Made by a program: the position numbers and the translations under genes | Shown here: positions 38,416 to 47,458 of the stretch, in pieces | Position numbering within the stretch: the first letter of the stretch is position 1 | How the letters are laid out: every line of letters starts with the position of its first letter | The notes under the pieces: generated by a model | What the model was told of the DNA's origin: nothing | The model's database searches: none | Seen by the model: the letters and a program-made list of their open reading frames with translations, nothing else | Virus record (IMG/VR): IMGVR_UViG_3300042448_000646 | Span: 1-64,000 of that record | Source of the DNA: a virus | Reading direction: 5' to 3' (one strand) | DNA length: 64,000 nt

Positions 38416-41400
38416 TGGAAATTAAAGGTAATCAAAATACCAAAGGTCTGAACCTTGATTCAGTAAATTGGCAGGTAGAAGGAAGCCAGCTTACTTGGGC
38501 ATTGAACGCAAACATCATGTCCCATGATGGTAATACGTTTACCTACACTAATGAAATGTCTAATCAAATTTGTGTTGATTTTAGTTCATTTAAAAACGGA
38601 TACAGAATTAATGGTCTACTTAACATAGTAGAACAGAACAAAGTAATTGTATTTTTAGTAGGGCCAGACGGCAAAGGAGAGATAGGAGTAATAACAAATA
38701 ATGGTTTAGACTGTGTTGAGTTAGATTCTGTTGAGACAGACTGTGGATGTGTAGGAGGTAAGGTAATTAAAGACTCAGTTGTAAAAGCAACTACTACAGT
38801 AACTTCAAATTCAACTACTTGTTTTTATGGAATTATTTACGAAACTATTGATGATGGCTCTGGAACTTATGTGAGTAATTATGGATTTAATTATGCAGAC
38901 TGTAACGGTAATAAAGTAAGTGGAAATACAAGTAGCTTAACATTTAAAACAATAGAACAATGGTATATTGAACTAGGTTATACTAATTTTACAAACACTA
39001 ATGCTACCTATTTAAGTCAAGTAGTATCTCTGATATGTTATGATTCTGTAGCTACTATAGATTACATTACTGAATTAGGAGCTATTTCAAGTAATGTATC
39101 TCCATTACAACATCCTAACCCTATACTATACGATACATTTCCTTGTGCTGCTACAGTTGTTGAGAAAACTTGTTGTGATTACGAACCTGTTTTAATTGAT
39201 GAGTGTTGCCAAGATTGTTGTCAGGATTGTTATACAGTAACTCTAGAAACATTTAATACCTCTGTTCCTCTTGGAGGATCTACAGGTCAAGTGGTAATTG
39301 AGTACACTGATTGTAATGGTATAGTTCGTGGTATCGAAACGCCTAACAATACATTTGAGGGATATGGTTCTTTTAACATGATTAAAGATTCATGGAGAGT
39401 TATTCAAAGAGGTAAACCTGGTGTTGAAGTAAGAGTAGCATATGAACAAGTGTTTTCTACTGGAAACTGTAAGCCTTGCTTGAATCCTGCTCCTGAAAAC
39501 TGTTGTTTAAACTTTGATATTGAGAATCCAATTTATGCTACTTACCGAGTAGACCAATGTGAAACTAGAGTTTACTTTGTAGATAAAAAGAATCCTCCTC
39601 GTTATCTTTCGTTAGAGTTTCCTTTAAACCGTGATGCTTGTGGAGAGGCACAAGATTGTGGCGGTAAGAAATTAGTAACTAAGAAGAGTTGTGGAGAGTT
39701 AAATATATTCCCAAATACTTGCCATCCTAAAGTAACTCCAATTAGAGTTTCTAATGGAGGTCAACTTAAAGCAGGTAACTATCAGTTTTCTATTGCTTAC
39801 ACAGATGAAGAAGGAGCAGAGCTTACTGATTACTTTGATTTTTGCCAACCTATTCCAATCTTTGAAAAGAAGTTAACTAATCTTACAGATTACCAAACCA
39901 ACTATGCTATTACAGTTCAAATAGATCATAAGGTTAATATCTTTGAATACTTTAGTTTAGTTGTAGCAGAGACAATACAAGGAGGAACTACTAATTATTA
40001 TTTGATTGGTACTTATAGAGTACAACAGCAATACTTAACTGATTCTATTATTTACACAGGAGAGTACAAATCAACATTTAGTTCTATAGCACCTTTAGTA
40101 AGAACTCCTTATTATAACACTGCAGGTATAGTAGAGAACCAAAACGACATTTTAATGTTGGCTGATTTGGAAAAAGAGTATCAGTATAACTTCCAACCTC
40201 TTGCTAATAAACTTAAGTTGCAGTGGGAAACTGTAAAAATGCCTCATGGGGATAAGTGGGACTACTCTAATCCCGAGGTAGTACACATGTTCCGTACATA
40301 CCAACGTGATGAGGTATATGCTTTCGGTATTAAGTTTAAACTAAAGACAGGTAAGTATACCGAAGTGTTCCATATTCCAGGAAGAGCTAAGAACGCAAGT
40401 CTAGGAGATACTACTTCTATTCCTATTACTAATACAGATTATTTTACTGAAGACGGAGATTGCTTAGATGTAGCAGCCCCTAAAGAAAAATGGCAAGTAT
40501 ATAATACAGCAGGGCAAGGTCAAGTTTTTACTGCTAATCCTCCTACTGAACTAGAAAAGCAATTCTCTTGTGCTATCTACAATGATAAGAGAGGGGAGTT
40601 TGCTTACTGGGAATCTACTGAAAAATATCCTTGTAACGAAGAGATATGGGATACAGACGCTTGGGGTAACTCATTAGCAAACCAACCTATTAGATTTCAT
40701 AAGTTTCCAGATTCTTTAGTTAATCATATTCATGATGGCATTTACGCAACAGGTAATGTATTTCCTGCTTTTGATAACAAGTCTCATATTTATCCTATTG
40801 GAGTTAGAGTAGATGCTGACGTATTTAATAATCTTATTAACACATTAGAAATTGCAAATCCTGCAAACGCTAATAAACCTTTTTATGCTAAAGATCTTAT
40901 CTGTGGATATGAAGTAGTATATGCAACTCGTGTAGGACATAAGTCTATAGTAGCAAAAGGTCTTCTTTATGACGTAGGAAAATATAGAACTGACGAGGGA
41001 AGTAAAGAATACTACTATCCTAACTATCCATTCAATGATATTAACTGGAGAGGAAGTAGTTCTGTATCTGACCCTTATTTACGAACTTCAGGAGATTGGT
41101 ATAAAAAACAAGATAGAAGAAATAAAAATGAAAATCTTGGTGACTTTAGCCATAATGGATTTACTGACAACAATATTATAAACTACAAGCACAGCAGATT
41201 CACATTCCACTCTCCAGATACTCACTTCTCCTATCCTAAGATTGGTAGTGAACTTAAGTTAGAGACTCTTGAGATTGGTAGTGTAATGGGACACTTTGTA
41301 GAGGTAGATGAGCACAGTAAAATAAAATTGTACACTGATAAGATACAAACTGTATCTAACCTTCTTTCTATCTTACTAAACATTAAAGACTACCGTATAA

Positions 41401-44009
41401 TGACTGAAAACTATTTCCAAGACAAGGAAATGTTTGCTCAGTTGATTGAAAGATTTACTCCTAAAGTAAACTTTGCTTGGCAGTATAACGGTGTGGCTAA
41501 ATACAATGGATACTTAAGTATTCCAAACTCAGGGCACAAACGTAGAAGTGTTAAGTTTGGTAATTATGCTCCAAGTGAAATTTTGAATTTTGGTCAGGGC
41601 GAAAAACCATTCCATAATAGATACAGAGAATCTAGTGTCTATTTATCTTTAAACACAACGTTTAATCATCATCACTCAAATATTATAGATAACTCTAGAT
41701 ACGTAGCGTCAGAGCATAATAAATCTCTACCTACTGACATAGATGATAGTAGAACGACAAGAGCATACTACGGGTCAATAAAAACTTACAGACCTAATCA
41801 ATATGGCCCGCTTACAAACTTGCGTTATTTGTCTACTGGGTATTCTGTAGATATTCAAATTAATCCAAATAACGGATTAGGGCAAATGCTAGAAACTTAC
41901 TATCCTGCATTTGGAGGAGATACATTTATCAATGCCTTTGCTTTAAAACGTAAGCATGCTTTCTTCCGTCAAAACTTAGCAGGTAGACCAGATGATATTC
42001 CATTTAACTATTACTTGTTTCCTAACTTAGGATATCCTAGTCACTTTTATGGATACAATGCTGCTGCTCAGGACATAGAAGCAGTTCTAAAAGACCAGTT
42101 GGACGACTTTCTTATTTGGGCATTAGTAGCGGCTGGTCTTGCAGGAGCCGCAGCTATATTTGGAGATGGTATTGCTGTAGGAGAAATAGCATTTGCTGCT
42201 TTAACTACAGGGTTTAAGTTAGCTACTTTAAATGTAGTATCCGACTTATTGGCTTCTACTAAACCTTATGTATTTTTAGATCAAGATGAAACATTTGCAA
42301 ACACTTGGTTAAGTATTGGAGTAGGTGGAACATACTTCTATTATAAGGGTATGATTTATTTATTCTCTTACGGTCTTCCTATTTTCTTTGTTGAGTCTGA
42401 CGTAAACGTAGATTTCCGTCATGGAAGAAATGACAAAGAAGAAAATTTCTATGGCTCAAAAGAACTTGGAGAAGTTCCTGACCAATGGTTGCAAGAAGTA
42501 ACTGTACCTATTAAGTACGATAACTTCTATAACTATAACTCTACTTACTCAATTCAGAATGTTATTAATCCTAACTTCCCATACAACGAAAATTACCCAG
42601 AACTGTATTGCGAAACTGACTTATACAATAGAGTAGTGTACTCAGATCCAGCAGGTAAATATGGTAAAGGAGATGCTTGGTTGAATTTTAGAAGAGGTAA
42701 CTTCTTTGACTTTCCTAAAAGTACAGGTAAATTAATTGCTTTAAATGGAGTAGAGAATGGTAAAGTGTATGCTCGTTTTGAAAATAATACTAAGGTATAC
42801 AATGCTTTAATTACTCTGGAGAGCAATAACCCTATTGCAATGGAGATTGGAAATGCTAGCATGTTTAACCAAAAGCCAATTGAGATGTCCACTGCGGATA
42901 TTGGGTATCTAGGTTCACAGCATAAAGCATTTGTAAAAACAACACACGGAGGATTTTGGGTTGACTCTCGTAGAGGTCATGTTTATCAAATTACAAGTGG
43001 AGGTATAGATGAAATTTCTTTAAGAGGATCGATGCAATGGTTTAAAGAAAACTTGCCTTTTAAAATTCTTAAGGACTTCCCTAACTTTCCTATAGACAAC
43101 ACCTTTAAAGGAATTGGTATATCTCTTGGATGGGACGAACGTTTCCACCGTTTATTCCTAACTAAGTTAGACTATAGACTAAAAGAACAATACCGAGGAT
43201 TTGTTACTTATGAGAATAAGAAACTATACTATAATGATACTGAGATTGAGTTTGGAGATTTGACCTATTTTGAAAATCATTCATTTACTATTTCTTACAG
43301 TGTACTTATTAAGTCTTGGATTTCTTTCCACTCTTTCTTACCAAGTGCATATGTTTCATTTGTAGATCACTTCCAGACTGTTACTCCCACAGGCACATGG
43401 AATCATAACCTATCTCCGTTAACCTATCAAACTTATTATAATCGTTTCTATCCTTACATCATTGAGTATACAGTAAACAATGCTCCAAATACTCACGTGG
43501 TTAACTCTATTAATTATAATCAAGATATCCACAAGTATTATAATAGGAACGATTACTATTCTTTAGGTTCGTATAACGATAAGAATACTCCTAACTTCAC
43601 TAAAGCTATAGTTTATAACAAAGAACAAACTTCAGGATTAGTTAATTTAATTGCTCAAATCCCAAATGATGCTCGTCAACGTTTACTATATCCAAGGGTA
43701 AGTAAGTTTGGAACAGAATTACTTGTAACTAAGAAAGATCTTAAAAATAACTTTAATGGATTCTGGGATGCTACTAACAATAAAGAAAACTTCCAAACTT
43801 TATTTAGCACTAAGTGGAATGATTTGAGTGCAGATTATCCAATTGACAAAGTAGTAAATCTAAAATCTGTTATTACCACAACAAGATTAGCAGGAAAACA
43901 AAAGATTCGTTCTACTTTCTGTAAAGTAAGACTTATTCAAGACAAGTTTAATAGATACAAGTTTATCAATAACCTACAATTTACACAAACAACAAACTCA
44001 ATAACATGA
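38415..44009 (+). CDS. Tail stabilization / muzzle-type protein (1864 aa)
   Basis: KGLNLD N-terminus, GQLKAGNYQFSIAY, YQRDEVYAFGI, FTFHSPD, FGGDTFI, GYLGSQH and WISFHSFLP, the layout of the crAss-like P22-gp10-like tail protein. Confidence 0.8.
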   Translation: MEIKGNQNTKGLNLDSVNWQVEGSQLTWALNANIMSHDGNTFTYTNEMSNQICVDFSSFKNGYRINGLLNIVEQNKVIVFLVGPDGKGEIGVITNNGLDCVELDSVETDCGCVGGKVIKDSVVKATTTVTSNSTTCFYGIIYETIDDGSGTYVSNYGFNYADCNGNKVSGNTSSLTFKTIEQWYIELGYTNFTNTNATYLSQVVSLICYDSVATIDYITELGAISSNVSPLQHPNPILYDTFPCAATVVEKTCCDYEPVLIDECCQDCCQDCYTVTLETFNTSVPLGGSTGQVVIEYTDCNGIVRGIETPNNTFEGYGSFNMIKDSWRVIQRGKPGVEVRVAYEQVFSTGNCKPCLNPAPENCCLNFDIENPIYATYRVDQCETRVYFVDKKNPPRYLSLEFPLNRDACGEAQDCGGKKLVTKKSCGELNIFPNTCHPKVTPIRVSNGGQLKAGNYQFSIAYTDEEGAELTDYFDFCQPIPIFEKKLTNLTDYQTNYAITVQIDHKVNIFEYFSLVVAETIQGGTTNYYLIGTYRVQQQYLTDSIIYTGEYKSTFSSIAPLVRTPYYNTAGIVENQNDILMLADLEKEYQYNFQPLANKLKLQWETVKMPHGDKWDYSNPEVVHMFRTYQRDEVYAFGIKFKLKTGKYTEVFHIPGRAKNASLGDTTSIPITNTDYFTEDGDCLDVAAPKEKWQVYNTAGQGQVFTANPPTELEKQFSCAIYNDKRGEFAYWESTEKYPCNEEIWDTDAWGNSLANQPIRFHKFPDSLVNHIHDGIYATGNVFPAFDNKSHIYPIGVRVDADVFNNLINTLEIANPANANKPFYAKDLICGYEVVYATRVGHKSIVAKGLLYDVGKYRTDEGSKEYYYPNYPFNDINWRGSSSVSDPYLRTSGDWYKKQDRRNKNENLGDFSHNGFTDNNIINYKHSRFTFHSPDTHFSYPKIGSELKLETLEIGSVMGHFVEVDEHSKIKLYTDKIQTVSNLLSILLNIKDYRIMTENYFQDKEMFAQLIERFTPKVNFAWQYNGVAKYNGYLSIPNSGHKRRSVKFGNYAPSEILNFGQGEKPFHNRYRESSVYLSLNTTFNHHHSNIIDNSRYVASEHNKSLPTDIDDSRTTRAYYGSIKTYRPNQYGPLTNLRYLSTGYSVDIQINPNNGLGQMLETYYPAFGGDTFINAFALKRKHAFFRQNLAGRPDDIPFNYYLFPNLGYPSHFYGYNAAAQDIEAVLKDQLDDFLIWALVAAGLAGAAAIFGDGIAVGEIAFAALTTGFKLATLNVVSDLLASTKPYVFLDQDETFANTWLSIGVGGTYFYYKGMIYLFSYGLPIFFVESDVNVDFRHGRNDKEENFYGSKELGEVPDQWLQEVTVPIKYDNFYNYNSTYSIQNVINPNFPYNENYPELYCETDLYNRVVYSDPAGKYGKGDAWLNFRRGNFFDFPKSTGKLIALNGVENGKVYARFENNTKVYNALITLESNNPIAMEIGNASMFNQKPIEMSTADIGYLGSQHKAFVKTTHGGFWVDSRRGHVYQITSGGIDEISLRGSMQWFKENLPFKILKDFPNFPIDNTFKGIGISLGWDERFHRLFLTKLDYRLKEQYRGFVTYENKKLYYNDTEIEFGDLTYFENHSFTISYSVLIKSWISFHSFLPSAYVSFVDHFQTVTPTGTWNHNLSPLTYQTYYNRFYPYIIEYTVNNAPNTHVVNSINYNQDIHKYYNRNDYYSLGSYNDKNTPNFTKAIVYNKEQTSGLVNLIAQIPNDARQRLLYPRVSKFGTELLVTKKDLKNNFNGFWDATNNKENFQTLFSTKWNDLSADYPIDKVVNLKSVITTTRLAGKQKIRSTFCKVRLIQDKFNRYKFINNLQFTQTTNSIT

Positions 44010-44383
44010 TACCAGAAGTAATCAGTTCAGTAAAACCCGAAGTGGTTTTAGGACAGATGTTTCAGTCTAGAGATATGATGCACATTGCACATTTTCAAAC
44101 TACATCTTACGCACAGCACACTACATTGCAAAAGTATTACGAAGGAATTCTAGGACTTGCAGATGAGATAACAGAAGTATACTTCGGTTGTCTAGGAAAA
44201 AGGTTAAATTTTAAAATTCCTTCCTCTGACTATATGAATCCTGAGACTCACTTAAAACAGTTTAAGGATTATATAAAAAAGCACCGAACTGTTTTTGGTT
44301 CTGACAGAACAGATGTACAAAATCTTATAGATGAATTAATCGCTTTAATCAATAAGACATTATATTTGCTTACCTTAAGTTAA
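44006..44383 (+). CDS. Ferritin/Dps-like four-helix protein (DUF5856-like)
   Basis: HIAHFQTTSYAQH...YY.....ADEITE...NLIDE...INKTLYLLTL. Confidence 0.72.
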   Translation: MIPEVISSVKPEVVLGQMFQSRDMMHIAHFQTTSYAQHTTLQKYYEGILGLADEITEVYFGCLGKRLNFKIPSSDYMNPETHLKQFKDYIKKHRTVFGSDRTDVQNLIDELIALINKTLYLLTLS

Positions 44384-44387
44384 ACTA

Positions 44388-45623
44388 ATGAAATCATCTC
44401 TGTTTGAATACTATAAATCCAAGTATAAGGTAGGAGGTAAAACTCCTGTCAACTCTAAGGGTATGTGGTATCAAGATGGTGATGTAGTAGTTCCTTCTAA
44501 TCAAATTACTATGAAGGGCCCTAACGGAGAAAAGGATTATTTTGATTCTCCTATCTTAGGTATAGGTATGTTATCAGGAGATAGTCAAGTAATGCAGCCT
44601 GGACAAGACTATTCATTTCCTAAGGACAATGCAGTTTTTGAAAAGAAAATGCAGATGGGAGCAAAAACTAAAGACTTAACTCTTGATCAACAGACTCGTT
44701 TAAGGAACTATATAAAAGAACCCCAAATTGAAAATATTAATTTACCCTCATGGTTAGGTCTATCCTCAGGTGCTACTGACTATGCAAAAAGAATGGGGCA
44801 AAGAAGTTCTGAACAGTTAATAAATAATCCTGGAGATATCTCAAACCAAGTAAGTGATGCTTTTAAAGAAGGTTTAGATTATTCTATAAATGCGGCATTG
44901 CCTACTAAACTAGGACAACTTAGTAGTGAAGGGACTTATAATCCTTTTGGAGAGAATACTTTACAAAGTATGTATAGTGGTTTAACTTATAATAAATCAT
45001 TCCCAAAAGGATCTATCACTTTAAGTCCAGATAGACAAGAAGTACAACTTAGAGGTAAGTCAGGTAATGTTGGATATAAAAGAAACCTATCTAATGAAGA
45101 GACTATTTCTCAATTGGCGTTTAATTTAAATATCTTGCCTGAGGCTTTGGCTTTATATGGAGAAGGTAGAATTTCAGATAAAAATATGATTCCTTCAGAT
45201 TATGATAGCGCTATGAATACTGCTAACTATAATCTGAATGCTGGTGTTAGAGGAAACGCAGGTGCGCTGACCTATGATGTGAGTGGTAATTATAATCCAA
45301 AAGAAGGTTATGCTTATCAAGGAAATGCAGAACTGTCTTTACTTAAAGATAAATTAAAACTAAAAGGAAATGTTTCTGGTAGTCAAAAAGCAGGTGTAGA
45401 ATCTATGTCTGCAGAAGCAAGAGCCCGCCTTTTGAAAAATTTAGAATTAAAAGCAGGTTATAATCAATCTGGAAAAGACCGTGGTAATTTTAACTTAGGT
45501 TTAAGTTACAGCAAAGCTTTTCAAATGGGAGGCGGTATATCTATCCCTGGGATTAATGGAAGCGTTGTAGCTAACGTTAACTCAAGTACATTAAAAGATA
45601 GCTATAAAAAGAATAAAAAATGA
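44388..45623 (+). CDS. Putative virion cargo protein with a beta-barrel-like C-terminal half
   Basis: YKVGG and FQMGG motifs, PSNQITMKG...MQPGQDYSFP domain, and amphipathic strands ending NFNLGLSYSKAF. Confidence 0.6.
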   Translation: MKSSLFEYYKSKYKVGGKTPVNSKGMWYQDGDVVVPSNQITMKGPNGEKDYFDSPILGIGMLSGDSQVMQPGQDYSFPKDNAVFEKKMQMGAKTKDLTLDQQTRLRNYIKEPQIENINLPSWLGLSSGATDYAKRMGQRSSEQLINNPGDISNQVSDAFKEGLDYSINAALPTKLGQLSSEGTYNPFGENTLQSMYSGLTYNKSFPKGSITLSPDRQEVQLRGKSGNVGYKRNLSNEETISQLAFNLNILPEALALYGEGRISDKNMIPSDYDSAMNTANYNLNAGVRGNAGALTYDVSGNYNPKEGYAYQGNAELSLLKDKLKLKGNVSGSQKAGVESMSAEARARLLKNLELKAGYNQSGKDRGNFNLGLSYSKAFQMGGGISIPGINGSVVANVNSSTLKDSYKKNKK

Positions 45624-47206
45624 AAAAGCAAATGATAAAACGGGCTGACGGTTCCTACTCTCAGAGAGGGTTGTGGGATAACATTAGAGCGAATAGAGGT
45701 AGTGGTAAAAAACCTACTGCCCAGATGCTCAAACAGGAACGTAAGATTAAATCTAACATGGCAGATGGGGGAATAAACAATCCTGGATTCCAAGCATTGC
45801 CAGGATACGTTCAAGCTAAGATAAGATCTAATATGCAAGAAGGAGGAATGACAGGTTCCCCTATTGTAGATATGATTAATAGTCAACCGCAGATGCCTAT
45901 GATGCAAATGGGAGGAAGTATGCCTCAGACTAGTGCAGGGCGTTCTGTGCTTCAAGAAGCAATGTCAATGAGTACAATGCAGTCAGGAGGTAAAATGCCT
46001 GCTGATATTGCACGTGCCCGTTTTATGGCTGCGGCTAATGGCGATGCCTCTCAAGCAAAAGAAACTGCTTCTAAGTATGGCTACAAAATGCAAACAGGAG
46101 GTTACAGACCTTCTATAAGAATTGGAGATAGAGGAAACTATAGTGGGTCTGATAATACTATGGCTCCTAACCCAGCAATCATGCAACAGAGAGTTGCAGA
46201 GGGACAAGCTTTAATAAAAAAGACAAGTACCGAACAAGGAAAAATTCAAGCTCAACAAGCAAAACAAAGAGCACAAAGTAATATTGCTGCAAACAGAGTT
46301 AAGCAAGAACAAAAAGCGGCTGCTGCTAAAGCTCAACAAGTTTCTGATATGAAGGCTAGAATTGAAGATTCTAAAGTTGTACAAGATATGTCTTTATCAG
46401 ATCAATTTAAACCTGAGAATATTGAAAGAGCTACACAAGCTACTGGTGATAAATTCCGTTTGTTTGGGCCTTCTTCTCCATTAGTTACTAGCGGATTGTT
46501 TGAAGCTGACCCTAGTAGTATGTTTGATAACTATCTAAACCCTGCAAAACTTGTAGGTGATATGGCTACTAACTTAGGACAAGGTATTAATGAAACTGCT
46601 AAGACAGGAGATTTTACAGCACTTGGTACAGCATTAGCTACTCCTGTTATTGCTGGTGCAACTATGGGATATTTAAAAGCACCAATACATTCTTTGGAAA
46701 AACAAGCAGTTAACTATTTAACTAAAAATGTAAATAGCGCAGCCTTAGGTACAGCACTTGCTAACCCAACTATATCTACTGGAGTTGGAGTAGGTGCTGG
46801 TTTATTAAGTCAAGGAATTAGAGGAAGTGTTAAAACTGCAGCACAAGCAGCTGAACATGATTTAGTACATAGAGCAACAGCTCCTACTATTTTAGCAGCT
46901 CATAAGAATGGAGGTACTATTAAAGATATGTACTACATGAAAAAAGGAGGGCAGTTCCCAGACCGTTATAAAAAGATGGGATTCTCTGGAGTAGACCAAC
47001 CAAAGAAAACTACTAGTGGTGGTAAGAGTCATGCTGTAGTTACTAAAGTTGATGGTAACTATAAGTTAATTCGTTTTGGTCAAGCAGGTGTGTCAGGGTC
47101 TCCTGATGGTTCTGCTCGTAATGAAAGATTTAAATCACGTCATGCAAAGAATATAGCTAAAGGTAAATCTTCTGCTGCATACTGGGCTAATAAAGTTAAA
47201 TGGTAA
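45620..47206 (+). CDS. Putative virion cargo protein with MxxGG repeats and a basic C-terminal domain
   Basis: MADGG, MQEGG, MQMGG, MQSGG, MQTGG and MKKGG; C-terminal KLIRFGQAG...RFKSRH...SAAYWANKVKW. Confidence 0.65.
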   Translation: MKKQMIKRADGSYSQRGLWDNIRANRGSGKKPTAQMLKQERKIKSNMADGGINNPGFQALPGYVQAKIRSNMQEGGMTGSPIVDMINSQPQMPMMQMGGSMPQTSAGRSVLQEAMSMSTMQSGGKMPADIARARFMAAANGDASQAKETASKYGYKMQTGGYRPSIRIGDRGNYSGSDNTMAPNPAIMQQRVAEGQALIKKTSTEQGKIQAQQAKQRAQSNIAANRVKQEQKAAAAKAQQVSDMKARIEDSKVVQDMSLSDQFKPENIERATQATGDKFRLFGPSSPLVTSGLFEADPSSMFDNYLNPAKLVGDMATNLGQGINETAKTGDFTALGTALATPVIAGATMGYLKAPIHSLEKQAVNYLTKNVNSAALGTALANPTISTGVGVGAGLLSQGIRGSVKTAAQAAEHDLVHRATAPTILAAHKNGGTIKDMYYMKKGGQFPDRYKKMGFSGVDQPKKTTSGGKSHAVVTKVDGNYKLIRFGQAGVSGSPDGSARNERFKSRHAKNIAKGKSSAAYWANKVKW

Positions 47207-47207
47207 T

Positions 47208-47360
47208 ATGGCAACTAAAAAATCTGCGAAAGTAACAACTAACTCTACTTCATTTAAAGAGAAGTCAAAAGTTAGTCGTCCTGGAGTTCATGCTAAAACT
47301 AAATCTTCTAAGTTAAAGCAGAGTAAGAACTACCAGAAAGCTTCTAGAGGTCAGGGTTAG
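47208..47360 (+). CDS. Small basic protein (50 aa), absent from the ORF track
   Basis: MATKKSAKVTTNSTSFKEKSKVSRPGVHAKTKSSKLKQSKNYQKASRGQG; starts 1 nt after the upstream stop codon. Confidence 0.7.
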   Translation: MATKKSAKVTTNSTSFKEKSKVSRPGVHAKTKSSKLKQSKNYQKASRGQG

Positions 47361-47367
47361 TATACTC

Positions 47368-47422
47368 TTGATTTTTATTGACAATAGAGTATATTTGCAT
47401 TTAAACTTTTTAAGTGCAAATA
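47368..47422 (+). promoter_or_regulatory. Bacteroidota promoter with an overlapping inverted repeat
   Basis: TTGAT-17-TATATTTG (47390-47397); palindrome TATTTGCATTTAAA-CTT-TTTAAGTGCAAATA at 47392-47422. Confidence 0.65.
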
Positions 47423-47458
47423 CACTTAACTTATAAAGTTAATTAATATTTGAAGTTA

